NCBI GenBank assembly: GCA_038321865.1
Contig: JBBQFH010000027.1
Span: 1 to 47,783, forward strand
Reading direction: 5' to 3'
DNA: 47,783 nucleotides
Source of the DNA: Gemmatimonadales bacterium
GTDB lineage: Bacteria > Gemmatimonadota > Gemmatimonadetes > Gemmatimonadales > GWC2-71-9
Part shown: one piece after another, positions 18,595 to 29,280 of the stretch
How the letters are laid out: each line of letters starts with the position of its first letter
How positions within the stretch are numbered: position 1 is the first letter of the stretch
Position numbers and translations under genes: made by a program
The notes under the pieces: generated by a model
Seen by the model: the letters and a program-made list of their open reading frames with translations, nothing else
Told to the model about the DNA's origin: nothing
Databases searched by the model: none

Positions 18595-18634
18595 CCTGCC
18601 CACGATCGTCTTCCGGGAAAGGAGATAGCGTCCC

Positions 18635-19096
18635 ATGGGCATGTCCGCAGGGAGCGCCGGACGCACGTCGGTCAAGTCGGAGCCGAACGTCGTCCCCATG
18701 ATCGACATCATGCTGGTGCTGCTGATCATCTTCATGATCGTGACACCGCTGATCGCAGCCGGTTTTCGGGCCGAGCTGCCGAAGGCCAAGAATCTCGACC
18801 GGAGTCCGGAGAAGGACGACGAGGTCACGCTCGGCATTGACCAGAGCGGCCACTTCTTCCTGAACAAGCGTCCGATCGCGGATGCGGCGCTGGAGGAGCA
18901 GCTTCGCTCGATGTACGCGACGCGCGACGACAAGGTGCTGTACTTCAAGGCCGACCAGAAGCTGAAGTACGGCCGGGTGCAGGAAGGGATCGAGATTGCG
19001 CGCAAGGCGGGAGCGCGCGTCGTCCGCTCGATCACCGAGCGGAACGAGGCCGCGTCGCTGCTCGGCGGCGCCGTGAAGAAGAAGGGGGGCGCGTAA
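18635..19096 (+). CDS. exbD: biopolymer transporter ExbD/TolR
   Basis: NVVPMIDIMLVLLIIFM, KAD...YG. Confidence 0.92.
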   Translation: MGMSAGSAGRTSVKSEPNVVPMIDIMLVLLIIFMIVTPLIAAGFRAELPKAKNLDRSPEKDDEVTLGIDQSGHFFLNKRPIADAALEEQLRSMYATRDDKVLYFKADQKLKYGRVQEGIEIARKAGARVVRSITERNEAASLLGGAVKKKGGA

Positions 19097-19097
19097 C

Positions 19098-19514
19098 ATG
19101 GGTATGTCGACTGGTGGCAGCGGTGGACTTTCCGCCGAGCCGAACGTCGTGCCGATGATCGACATCCTGCTGGTGCTGCTGATCATCTTCATGGTCTCGC
19201 AGCCGCTCAACCGGATGGCCATGGACGTGCAGGTGGCGCCGCCCAACACCGAAACCAGGAATCAGAGCCAGAACGACCAGATTGTGCTGGAGATGAACGA
19301 TGACGGCAGCTACGCCATCAACAGCCAGCCGGTTCCGAAGGCGCAGCTCGAAACGCAGATCCGCACGATCTTCGCGCCGCGCAACGCCAAGCTGATGTTC
19401 ATCAAGGCCGGACAGAACCGGGTCTATCAGGACGTGGTTGACGCGATGGATACCGCGCGAAGCGCCGGCGTCCAGATCATCGGGTTCACGCCCATCGAGG
19501 CCTATCGCAAGTAG
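19098..19514 (+). CDS. exbD: biopolymer transporter ExbD/TolR (second copy)
   Basis: NVVPMIDILLVLLIIFM, Y.DVV.AMD. Confidence 0.92.
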   Translation: MGMSTGGSGGLSAEPNVVPMIDILLVLLIIFMVSQPLNRMAMDVQVAPPNTETRNQSQNDQIVLEMNDDGSYAINSQPVPKAQLETQIRTIFAPRNAKLMFIKAGQNRVYQDVVDAMDTARSAGVQIIGFTPIEAYRK

Positions 19515-19612
19515 CACCGGGCGACCGGCATCACTGCAGTCCGCGCGGGGGCCCTCACAGGCTCCCGCACGTGTTTTCCTGGCTCGCCCGCGCGTCACTA
19601 TCTTCGGAGCCA

Positions 19613-20413
19613 ATGACCATCGCAGCCGACCGTGCCGCCCACCGTCCCGAACCACCGAGGCTCCTGCTGCCGCGAGCGCAGCGGCGGGTGGCCGGGTTCT
19701 GGGTCTCGCTCGGCTTGCACGCCCTGCTGCTGGCGTTGCTGTGGACCCGCCGCGATCTGCTGCTGGCGACGCCCGAACCCGGAGATCCGCGCTTCGGAAG
19801 CGCCGGCGGCGGTGGCGGTGGAGGCGGTGGCGGCGGGAACCGGACGACGTATATTATTGCGCTTCCGCCCAGTCCTCCGCCGCCGGCGATACCCGCTCTG
19901 CCGGTGCCACCTGTCACCATCCCACCCAGCGTCCAGAAGCCGGCCGTGACAACGGCGTCCACACCTGCGGTCACGGACTCGACGCCTGCCGTGCCGGCCG
20001 TGAGCGCGACTCCGGGTGCAGGGACCAGTCCGGGGCAGGGGGAAGGTGCAGGCGCCAACGGCGGGAGCGGAGGCGGAACGGGCGGCGGTGCGGGTTCGGG
20101 AAGCGGTGTCGGCAGCGGCCCGGGCAGCGGCGGCCAGGGAGGGTCGATCCGCCCGCCCGAGCTCCGAGGGCTCTCGATCCCGTTCAGCACCCCGCCCAGG
20201 GAACTGCGCGGCCGGACGGTCAAGGTCATGTTCGCGATCGCGGCCGACGGCAAGGTGGAGCGGTTCGACACCGATCCCGTGATCACCGATCGCGGGTACT
20301 ACAAGAAGTTCTCGGATGTCGTGATGGGATTTCGCTTCAAGCCGGCACGCGGGCCCGACGGGCAGCCGGTGCCGGTGGTATTTCCGATGGAGTTCACGCT
20401 CCCGACGCAGTGA
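19613..20413 (+). CDS. divergent TonB-like protein with Gly/Pro-rich linkers
   Basis: TM with SLGLH, poly-Gly and Pro-rich tracts, C-terminal V.V.FAIAADGKV...FRFKPA. Confidence 0.75.
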   Translation: MTIAADRAAHRPEPPRLLLPRAQRRVAGFWVSLGLHALLLALLWTRRDLLLATPEPGDPRFGSAGGGGGGGGGGGNRTTYIIALPPSPPPPAIPALPVPPVTIPPSVQKPAVTTASTPAVTDSTPAVPAVSATPGAGTSPGQGEGAGANGGSGGGTGGGAGSGSGVGSGPGSGGQGGSIRPPELRGLSIPFSTPPRELRGRTVKVMFAIAADGKVERFDTDPVITDRGYYKKFSDVVMGFRFKPARGPDGQPVPVVFPMEFTLPTQ

Positions 20414-20430
20414 TCCTTCCGCGAGGTGAC

Positions 20431-21987
<1,557 letters not shown>

Positions 21988-21997
21988 GGCGAGCCTC

Positions 21998-22900
21998 TCA
22001 GGGCGGAGAGTGGCGGGCGGCGATCGAGAGCGCGCCCGTCACGGCATCGACCGGGCTCTCCATCGGTGTGAGCCGCGGCTCGTCGGCGAGCTTCGCCAGC
22101 ACGACGCGGCGGAGCTCGGCACTCGCCAGCAGGCCGCCGTTGAGCGCAACCGGGATGGGCGCGTCGCCGCTCATCCGCGGCAGAATGTGGACCGCGAGCT
22201 GCGAGAGCTCGCGCGCGGCGTAATCGGCGATTCCGTGCGCAACGAGATCCCCTCCCGCGGCGACTTCCAGCACGTGCGGCGCGAGCGACGCGACCTCGGC
22301 CGGTCCCGCGGTGGCGGCCCAGCGTACCAGCGCGTCGAAATCCGCGCTCCGTGTCACGTCGAACACCCGGCGCTTGAGGGCGGTTTCCGGGCTGCGTCCA
22401 TCGGCGGCCCGGCTGACGGCCCCGAGTGCCGCCCGCCCGACGGCGTAGCCGCTTCCTTCGTCACCCATCTGCCACCCGTACCCGCCCGCACGGTGGAGCT
22501 GGCCCCCCGCGTCGCGGCCGACCGCCACGCTGCCGGTGCCTGCGCTGATCACGATCCCCACCCCTTCGCCGAACGCTCCGGCGAGCGCGATCTCGACATC
22601 GGTGGTCACCACGACGCGGTCGGCAATGCCCTCGCCGCGGAGCGCGAGCTGCAGCTCGTCCTGCTCCGGCTGCCTGCCGGCGCCGGCGGCCCCGACGACC
22701 ATCACGTCGGCCCGCAGCTTCCCGGCCGCGGCCAGTGCCTGCCGCACCACATCAGCGATGATTCCCGCCGACACGAGCGAGCGACCGGGCCGGACCGCGG
22801 CGCCGGGCCCGTCCGCGTGGCTGAGCACGGTGGTTCCGTCCGAGACCGACACCGCGGTCTTGGACCCGCCCACGTCGGCGCCGATGTAGATGCGACTCAT
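21998..22900 (-). CDS. BadF/BadG/BcrA/BcrD-type N-acetylglucosamine/N-acetylmuramate kinase
   Basis: IGADVGGSKT, SAGTGS, GGYGW.MGDEGSGY; peptidoglycan-recycling context. Confidence 0.85.
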   Translation of the reverse strand: MSRIYIGADVGGSKTAVSVSDGTTVLSHADGPGAAVRPGRSLVSAGIIADVVRQALAAAGKLRADVMVVGAAGAGRQPEQDELQLALRGEGIADRVVVTTDVEIALAGAFGEGVGIVISAGTGSVAVGRDAGGQLHRAGGYGWQMGDEGSGYAVGRAALGAVSRAADGRSPETALKRRVFDVTRSADFDALVRWAATAGPAEVASLAPHVLEVAAGGDLVAHGIADYAARELSQLAVHILPRMSGDAPIPVALNGGLLASAELRRVVLAKLADEPRLTPMESPVDAVTGALSIAARHSPP

Positions 22901-24393
22901 GCGGGATCCTTGTGTGGCAGATAGCTCGCGATGGTGCCGGTCACGACGGTCAGCAGCGTTCCGATGGGGACGTACCACGGCCAGGCCAGCCGGCCGAGCG
23001 TGCTCAGCGCGGCGAGCGAGGGTATGGCGGCGAGACGTTTGGCAAAGACGACGACCAGCATCACGGCCATGCTCGCAATGACCGCGGTGACGACGTCACG
23101 CCCCTGCGCCCGCGACCACGCCCCGGTCAGCAGGTACGTGCCCAGCAGCGCGCCGTAGGTGATGGACGCGATCGACAGTGCGACGACGACCACCGGCGTG
23201 TCCGTTCCCGTGCTGAAGCGAAAGAAGAATAAGGCTCCGCCGATCAGCGCGAGGGCCCAGGCCGCACTGAACAGCCGCCCCACGCGGAGCAGGTGCACCG
23301 GATCGGTGCGGCCGGTAAACCCGGCGTAGAGATCGTGGGTCGCCGACGACGCGAGCGAATTGATCGCCGAGCTGTGGGTGCCCATCGCCGCCGCCAGGAT
23401 GCCGGCGACCACCAGCCCGCCGAGCCCGACCGGCAGGTGGTTCAGCACGAACAGCGGGAACAGGTGGTCGCTCGGCGTGGACATCGGCGCGAGCCCGGCG
23501 GCCCAGATCGCGGAGCCGACGAGGAGAAAGAGGGTGAACTGCAGGATCACCATCACGCCGGAGCCGACCAGCGCCATGCGCGCGTCTCGCAGCGACCGCG
23601 TGGCCAGCAGCCGCTGCACGATCAGGTGATCGGTGCCGTGGGAGGCGGCGGACAGCATGGCGCCACCCAGAAGGCCCCCGAGGAGCGTATAGGTGCGGCT
23701 GAAATCAATCGTGGGATCAATCACGCGGAGCTTCCCCGCGCGTGCGGCGAGATCGAGCGCGGCGTGCGGGCCACCCGCCAGGTGCCAGGCGATGAAGAGC
23801 GCCGCGACGCCGCCGGCAAGATAGATCGAGAGCTGAAGCACATCGGTCCACACCACCGCCTTGAAGCCGCCGAACCAGGTGTACACCATCGTCACGATGC
23901 CCATGGCGACGATCGAGAGCGGGATACTCCATCCCGTCACCAGCGCCAGCGGGATCGCGCTCGCGAACACCCGCACCGCATCGCCCAGGAAGCGGGTGAC
24001 GAGGAACACCGTGGAGGTGAGCCGCCTGGTCCCGACACCGAACCGCGATTCCAGCCGGGCATACGCGGTCTCCTGGTCGCCGCGGAAATATCCGGGCAGC
24101 AGCCAGATCGCGACGCCGATCCGTCCGATGAGATAGCCGAACGCGAGCTGCAGAAAGCCGAGATCACCGCGGGCGCCGATGCCCGGCATGGAGATGACGG
24201 TGACGGCGCTCGTTTCGGTTGCCACGATGGACAGGAGGATGGCCCATGCCGGAAGGTCGCGCGCGCCCAGGAAATAATCACTGGCACTGCGCTGGTGCCG
24301 GGCCACCCAGAGTCCCAGGGCCAGGGTAAAGGTGAAATAGACCCCGACGATCATCAGGTCGACGGTATGCAGGGGCGCTCCCGGACGAGGCAA
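22897..24393 (-). CDS. sodium:solute symporter (candidate amino-sugar importer)
   Basis: DYFLGAR, SIVATETSA, GGFKAVVWTD.LQ, SHGTD..IVQRLL. Start uncertain (TTG 24393 or CTG 24372). Confidence 0.9.
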   Translation of the reverse strand: MPRPGAPLHTVDLMIVGVYFTFTLALGLWVARHQRSASDYFLGARDLPAWAILLSIVATETSAVTVISMPGIGARGDLGFLQLAFGYLIGRIGVAIWLLPGYFRGDQETAYARLESRFGVGTRRLTSTVFLVTRFLGDAVRVFASAIPLALVTGWSIPLSIVAMGIVTMVYTWFGGFKAVVWTDVLQLSIYLAGGVAALFIAWHLAGGPHAALDLAARAGKLRVIDPTIDFSRTYTLLGGLLGGAMLSAASHGTDHLIVQRLLATRSLRDARMALVGSGVMVILQFTLFLLVGSAIWAAGLAPMSTPSDHLFPLFVLNHLPVGLGGLVVAGILAAAMGTHSSAINSLASSATHDLYAGFTGRTDPVHLLRVGRLFSAAWALALIGGALFFFRFSTGTDTPVVVVALSIASITYGALLGTYLLTGAWSRAQGRDVVTAVIASMAVMLVVVFAKRLAAIPSLAALSTLGRLAWPWYVPIGTLLTVVTGTIASYLPHKDPA

Positions 24394-24395
24394 CG

Positions 24396-24428
24396 AAAAG
24401 GGCCCACGCGCTCAGCGGCGGTGGGCCC
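24396..24428 (-). terminator. intrinsic terminator after iscA/erpA
   Basis: GGGCCCAC...GTGGGCCC followed by TTTT on the minus strand. Confidence 0.6.
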
Positions 24429-24449
24429 GGAAAGCTTACATCCGGCTGA

Positions 24450-24821
24450 TCAGGCGGTGAAGCTGCTGCCGCACCCGCATCCGCCGGTGGAATTCGGATT
24501 GGTGAAGGTGAAGCCGGAGCCCTGCATCGACGAGGTATAATCCACCGTCACGCCGGTGAGATACTGCGCGCTGAATCCGTCGACGAACAGGCGAATGCCG
24601 TTCACCGGCACCACCAGGTCGTCCTCGAGCGCCCGCTCCTCGATGTTCAGGCTGTACTTGAATCCGGAGCAGCCGCCGGGCAGCACGCTGACGCGAAGCC
24701 CGGCGCTGTCGGCCGGTACCTGTTCGGCGGCGATGAACTTGCGCACTTCCTCGGCGGCCCGGTCCGTCAGGATGAGGCTGAATCCGGCGGCCGGGGCCTG
24801 CTGGTCGGTGCTGCTGCTCAT
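24450..24821 (-). CDS. HesB/IscA/ErpA Fe-S cluster carrier protein
   Basis: GGCSGFKY, F.NPN, CGCGSSF; AAGGAG SD. Confidence 0.95.
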   Translation of the reverse strand: MSSSTDQQAPAAGFSLILTDRAAEEVRKFIAAEQVPADSAGLRVSVLPGGCSGFKYSLNIEERALEDDLVVPVNGIRLFVDGFSAQYLTGVTVDYTSSMQGSGFTFTNPNSTGGCGCGSSFTA

Positions 24822-24857
24822 GTCGTGCTCCTTCAAGTGGTGGAAAAACACTGCTCG

Positions 24858-24886
24858 AAATTACCGGGCGCCCGCCGACATGTCAA
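24858..24886 (-). promoter_or_regulatory. sigma-70 promoter of the iscA-like gene
   Basis: TTGACA-17 nt-TAATTT. Confidence 0.7.
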
Positions 24887-24916
24887 CGTACCGCCCCCGG
24901 GCAACGGGGTCGCAAC

Positions 24917-26095
24917 TCACTGTGCCCCAACAGGAAAGAGCGTTCGGACCACGCGGTCGGCCACTCCGGCCCTGACCGGTCCCCATTTGGCGTTCGCCCG
25001 GGTCGGGTGGACCCGGTTGCTCAGCAGGATAATCGCCAGCCCACGGGTCGGGTCCATCCAGATTGATGTGCCGGTGAAGCCGGTATGCCCGAAGCTGGTG
25101 CTGTCCATCAGGTGGCCGGCGCTGCTGGGCTGGGACGGCGTGTCCCAGCCCAGGGCCCGGCTCGAGCCGGGCGGCATGTCCTGCCGCCGAATGAACATCC
25201 GGACACTCCGCGGCGGTTCCAGGGGCGCCGGAAGCGGCACGCCGCGCGCGCCCGCGCCGTGCATGAGCCACTCGGCGAACATCAGGAGGTCACGCGCATC
25301 GCTGAAGATGCCGGCGTGTCCCGACACACCGTCCAGCCGTGAGGCGTTCTCGTCGTGCACTTCGCCCACCAGGACGCGGCCCCGCCACGGGTCGTTTTCC
25401 GTCGGCGCGATATGGTCACGCCATGACTCGGGCGGCAGGTATCGCGTCCCCGTCATCCCCAGCGGGCCGAACACCCGGAGCGCGAGCAGCGAGTCGATCC
25501 GCATGCCGTACACCCGCTCCACGGCCTGAGTGAGGACGATAGCCCCGAGATCGGAGTACAGCATGCGGGCGCCAGGCAGGGTATCGAGAGGGGTGGTGTC
25601 CGCCAGCGCCATCGCCCCCGCGCGATCCGCCGACTCGCGGTAGAGCGCCCGCCAGGCAGGAAGGCCGCTCGAGTGCGTGAGCAGGTGACGGACGGTGACC
25701 TTTTCCTTGTGCATCCCCTCGAAGGCTGGCACGTAGCGTTGAATCGGCGCGTCGAGATCGATGCGATGCTCGTCCACGGCAAGCATGATCGAGGTGGTCA
25801 GCCCGACCACCTTGCTGAGTGACGCGAGATCATAGACGGTGGCGGAATCGGGCCGTCGCGCGTTGTCGAGGCCGAGCCGGCCGGTGCCGTAATAATGGCG
25901 CTGCCCGCCAAGCGACACGGCGAGGACCGCGCCCGGCGCCGCGGTGTCCGCGATGGCGGAATCGAGGTAGGCCGTCACGGAGGTCCAATCGGCGGCTTCG
26001 ACGGGCACGGGGAGCGGTGACGGCGTCTGCTTCGCGCTGGGGCCGGAACAGGCGAGGGCCGCCGAGGCGACGAGCGCCGGCAGCGCGCGCTTCAA
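24917..26095 (-). CDS. serine hydrolase / beta-lactamase class C-like lipoprotein (AmiE-like)
   Basis: Lipobox LAC, ASLSK (SxxK), LLTHSSGL, YSD, GEVHDENA, FGHTGFTGT; TTGA overlap with the GH3 gene. Confidence 0.88.
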   Translation of the reverse strand: MKRALPALVASAALACSGPSAKQTPSPLPVPVEAADWTSVTAYLDSAIADTAAPGAVLAVSLGGQRHYYGTGRLGLDNARRPDSATVYDLASLSKVVGLTTSIMLAVDEHRIDLDAPIQRYVPAFEGMHKEKVTVRHLLTHSSGLPAWRALYRESADRAGAMALADTTPLDTLPGARMLYSDLGAIVLTQAVERVYGMRIDSLLALRVFGPLGMTGTRYLPPESWRDHIAPTENDPWRGRVLVGEVHDENASRLDGVSGHAGIFSDARDLLMFAEWLMHGAGARGVPLPAPLEPPRSVRMFIRRQDMPPGSSRALGWDTPSQPSSAGHLMDSTSFGHTGFTGTSIWMDPTRGLAIILLSNRVHPTRANAKWGPVRAGVADRVVRTLFPVGAQ

Positions 26096-27831
26096 CGCGT
26101 AGCCCCGAGCACGGCCGCGCGTTCCAGCCCGCCGCCCACCGCCTGGTCCGGCGGAATCCGGATCGGCAGGTGTCCGATGATGGCGGCACCGCTGAGGGCG
26201 CGCGCGGCGGCCTGTTCACTGACCGGGTTCGCGGCCCAGGCGAGCACATACGACCCGACCCGCGGCGTCTGCGACACGATGTACGGCGAGCCCAGGGACA
26301 GCAGGATCGTCGGGCGAACGGTTGCGCTGGAGTCGGCCAGCGCCGCGAGCGCGGCGGGCATCCCGATGGAGCCGCGGCCGGCCGACGCGCGCACCGCGAC
26401 CGCGAAGACGGCCATCGGGTTCGCGGCGAGCGCCACGTGTGCCGAGTCATAGCTTGCCGGGCCGCTCGCCGGAGCAAGTCGGAATACCTTCACCTTGTGG
26501 CCCAGCGTCCGGAGCTCGGCCGCGGTGGCGTTGCCGGCGGATGAGTTCGTGTCGTCGCCATAGGCCACCAGGGTGAGGGAGCGCGGGGCGGCGCGAAGGC
26601 TGTCCACCGCCCCCCCGCTGTCCCGTGCGAGCACGATCGACCGCGCGGCGATGTCGCGGGCGAGCGCGAGAAATTCCGCCCGACCCACCACCGCCGGCAC
26701 GCTGTCGAGCACTACGCTGCGCCGCTCGAAAAGGCCCAGTCCCTGCTTGAGGAGCAGGATGCGCCGGACCGACTGGTTCAGGCGCGCTTCCGAGATCCGC
26801 CCCGAGGTGACCGCACGCTCCATCGCGTCGATCGTGACCCGCGGATCCGCCGGCTGCAGCAGCATGTCGGCGCCGGCCTCGAAGGCGAGCACCGGCGCCT
26901 CGCCCGCGCCGAGGGTGCTTACGAGGGCGCCCATGTTGAGGGCATCGGTGACGGTGAAGCCCTTGAACCCGAGTGAGTCGCGGAGGATGCCGGTGAGGAT
27001 GCCCGGCGCGACGGTACCGGGTCGGGTGCGCCCGCTGTCGAGCCCCGGCAAGGCGATGTGCGCCGACATCACGCCGGCCACGCCGGCGGCGATCGCCGCC
27101 CGGAACGGTATCAGCTCGAGGGTGTCGAACCGGCCCCAGCCCGAGGCGATCACCGGCAGCGCGATATGGCTGTCCGTGCCCGTGTCACCGTGGCCGGGGA
27201 AATGCTTCGCCGTGGCGAGCATGCCGTGGTCCTGAATGCCGTGCACGGCGGCGGCCACCAGCCGCGCCACGGCGCGCGGATCCTCGCCGAACGAACGGGT
27301 ATTGATGATGGGATTCGCCGGGTTGTTGTTGACGTCGGCGACCGGTGCGAAGGTAAGATGGATGCCGACCGCGCGTCCCTCGAGAGCCGTCACCCGCCCC
27401 ACCTCGTAGGCATCGAGTTCCTTGCCGGACGCCCCCAGCCCCATATTGGGGGGGAAGGATGTTCCGCCGACCAGCCGGAACGTCGTTCCGCTTTCGAGGT
27501 CCGAGGCAATCAGCAGTGGCAGCCGCGACCGCTCCTGCAGATGATTGAGACGGGCCGCCACATCCAGGGGCGAACCGATCGAGATGATGATGCCGCCGAC
27601 GTGCAGCGAGTCGACCCAGCCGACGGCGCGCGCAAAGGCCTCGTCGTCGAAGGCGGCGTAGCTGCCGGCGATCCAGGGCACGACGAGCTGCGCGATCCGG
27701 TCGCGCAGGGGCATCGAATCGAGCAGCCGCTCCACATCGGCGGCGCGCACCGGAGCGGGAGGCGGAGCAACCAGTCCGCGGGATGGGGTGCAGGCGGCCA
27801 GGCCAACCGACAATGCGATGAGGGATCTCAC
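26092..27831 (-). CDS. nagZ: GH3 beta-N-acetylglucosaminidase lipoprotein
   Basis: Lipobox LAAC, FAPVADVN.NPANP.I.TRSFGE, KHFPGHGDTGTDSH, TDALNM. Confidence 0.88.
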   Translation of the reverse strand: MRSLIALSVGLAACTPSRGLVAPPPAPVRAADVERLLDSMPLRDRIAQLVVPWIAGSYAAFDDEAFARAVGWVDSLHVGGIIISIGSPLDVAARLNHLQERSRLPLLIASDLESGTTFRLVGGTSFPPNMGLGASGKELDAYEVGRVTALEGRAVGIHLTFAPVADVNNNPANPIINTRSFGEDPRAVARLVAAAVHGIQDHGMLATAKHFPGHGDTGTDSHIALPVIASGWGRFDTLELIPFRAAIAAGVAGVMSAHIALPGLDSGRTRPGTVAPGILTGILRDSLGFKGFTVTDALNMGALVSTLGAGEAPVLAFEAGADMLLQPADPRVTIDAMERAVTSGRISEARLNQSVRRILLLKQGLGLFERRSVVLDSVPAVVGRAEFLALARDIAARSIVLARDSGGAVDSLRAAPRSLTLVAYGDDTNSSAGNATAAELRTLGHKVKVFRLAPASGPASYDSAHVALAANPMAVFAVAVRASAGRGSIGMPAALAALADSSATVRPTILLSLGSPYIVSQTPRVGSYVLAWAANPVSEQAAARALSGAAIIGHLPIRIPPDQAVGGGLERAAVLGATR

Positions 27832-29073
27832 GTGCACAGAACGCTCGCTCTGCTGAGTGGAATGGGACTCTGGCTCGGCTGCTCGAATGGGCCCGCGCAA
27901 CGCCCGTTCATCGAGACCGGCCCCGCGGTGGGCCCGGTCCGGCCCGGAATAGACGTCCTCCTCGCCGACAGCATCGGACTGGTGCGAGGTCGGCGTGTGG
28001 GGCTGGTCACCAACCAGTCGGGCATCGGCGCATCGGGCACGAGCGATGTCGACCTGATGCGATCCGCCGGCGTCCGCCTGGTGGCGCTGTTCAGCCCGGA
28101 GCACGGGTTCCGGGGCGCGTCCGACCCGGGCGCATCGGTCGCGTCGTCCGTGGATTCGGCGACCGGCCTTCCAATCTACAGTCTTTACGGCCGGACTTCC
28201 GCCCCGACCGACAGCATGCTGGCCGGCGTGGATGTGATGGTCGTAGACCTGCAGGATGCCGGCGCGCGCTACTACACCTATCTCGCGACGACCGTCGAGG
28301 TCATGCGGGCCGCCACGCGGCACGGCATTCGTGTCGTGGTGCTCGACCGCCCCGATCCGATCGGCGGCGCGGTGCAGGGCAATGTGCTCGACACCGCCTT
28401 CTCGTCGTTCATCGGGCGGCTCGCGGTCCCGATGCGGCACGGCATGACCCTGGGCGAGCTCGCGCGACTGGCCGACGCCGATCTGGCTCTGCATTCGGCG
28501 CTCACGGTGGTGCCGGCGGCCCGGTGGCGCCGCACCAGTGCGTACGACGACACGGGGCTTCGCTTCATTCCGCCGAGCCCCAACCTGCGGACCCTCGAGA
28601 GCCTGTTTCACTATCCGGGCACCTGCCTGTTCGAAGGCACCAATCTCTCGGTCGGCAGAGGGTCGGAGGCCCCGTTCGAGCAGATCGGCGCGCCCTGGCT
28701 CGATACGACGGCGGTGCTGGCCCGGATGCGCGCCGCGCACCTGCCGGGTGTGTCGTTCTCCGGCGCCAGCTTCACGCCGAGACGCCCGGGCGATGCCAAG
28801 TTCGCCGATACGCTCGTCGTCGGCATACGGCTCCACGTCACCGACCGCCCCACCTACGATCCGACGATCACCGCCGTGTACCTGCTCGCGGCCATCCGCG
28901 CCCAGCATCCCGACCGGCTCCGCTGGATCGCCGCGCATTTCGATCGGCTGGCGGGCGGTACGGCGCTCCGGACCGCACTCGCCGCGGGCGAGCCTCCGGC
29001 CCGGATCGTGTCCGGCTGGCCTGCGGCCATTCAGGCGTTCGAGTTGCGCCGCCGACCGTTCCTCCTGTACTGA
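27832..29073 (+). CDS. namZ: exo-beta-N-acetylmuramidase NamZ (DUF1343) lipoprotein
   Basis: Lipobox-like WLGC, GLVTNQSG, LFSPEHGFRG, DLQDAGARYYTY, RHGMTLGELA, FEGTNLSVGRG. Confidence 0.88.
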   Translation: MHRTLALLSGMGLWLGCSNGPAQRPFIETGPAVGPVRPGIDVLLADSIGLVRGRRVGLVTNQSGIGASGTSDVDLMRSAGVRLVALFSPEHGFRGASDPGASVASSVDSATGLPIYSLYGRTSAPTDSMLAGVDVMVVDLQDAGARYYTYLATTVEVMRAATRHGIRVVVLDRPDPIGGAVQGNVLDTAFSSFIGRLAVPMRHGMTLGELARLADADLALHSALTVVPAARWRRTSAYDDTGLRFIPPSPNLRTLESLFHYPGTCLFEGTNLSVGRGSEAPFEQIGAPWLDTTAVLARMRAAHLPGVSFSGASFTPRRPGDAKFADTLVVGIRLHVTDRPTYDPTITAVYLLAAIRAQHPDRLRWIAAHFDRLAGGTALRTALAAGEPPARIVSGWPAAIQAFELRRRPFLLY

Positions 29074-29185
29074 TCGCCCTCGCCTGAATCCCGGGTCACG
29101 CCCGGGGTCACGGTCAAGCCACGGCCCCCGGATAGACTGAGCCAACTTCTTTCCTGGGAGGCTCTAATGCGGAGGTCGGGCGCGA

Positions 29186-29214
29186 TTGCCCCGTGCGGGG
29201 TCGGCGGTTATCCT
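29186..29214 (+). promoter_or_regulatory. putative sigma-70 promoter of the inositol-lipid operon
   Basis: TTGCCC-17 nt-TATCCT. Confidence 0.45.
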
Positions 29215-29280
29215 TTCGCGGCTATAGCGTCGACCGGACGCCGCCCCGAGACCGACGAACCAGCCGAGGACGGAACGACG

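Noticed and set aside
19800..20145. GGC/GGT repeats as microsatellite or CRISPR
   Set aside because: These are poly-Gly codons within the TonB-like ORF, with no repeat-spacer periodicity.
24917..26095. Antibiotic-resistance beta-lactamase
   Set aside because: Motifs and coupling to nagZ fit an AmiE-like peptidoglycan-recycling hydrolase.
29089..29116. Short tandem CCCGG(G)GTCACG repeat after namZ
   Set aside because: Only two imperfect copies in GC-rich DNA; no supportable function.
26092..29145. 1017-aa minus-strand ORF and 671-aa plus-strand ORF as single proteins
   Set aside because: The N-terminal extensions are antisense shadows of namZ and nagZ. Real homology and signal peptides begin at 27831/27832.
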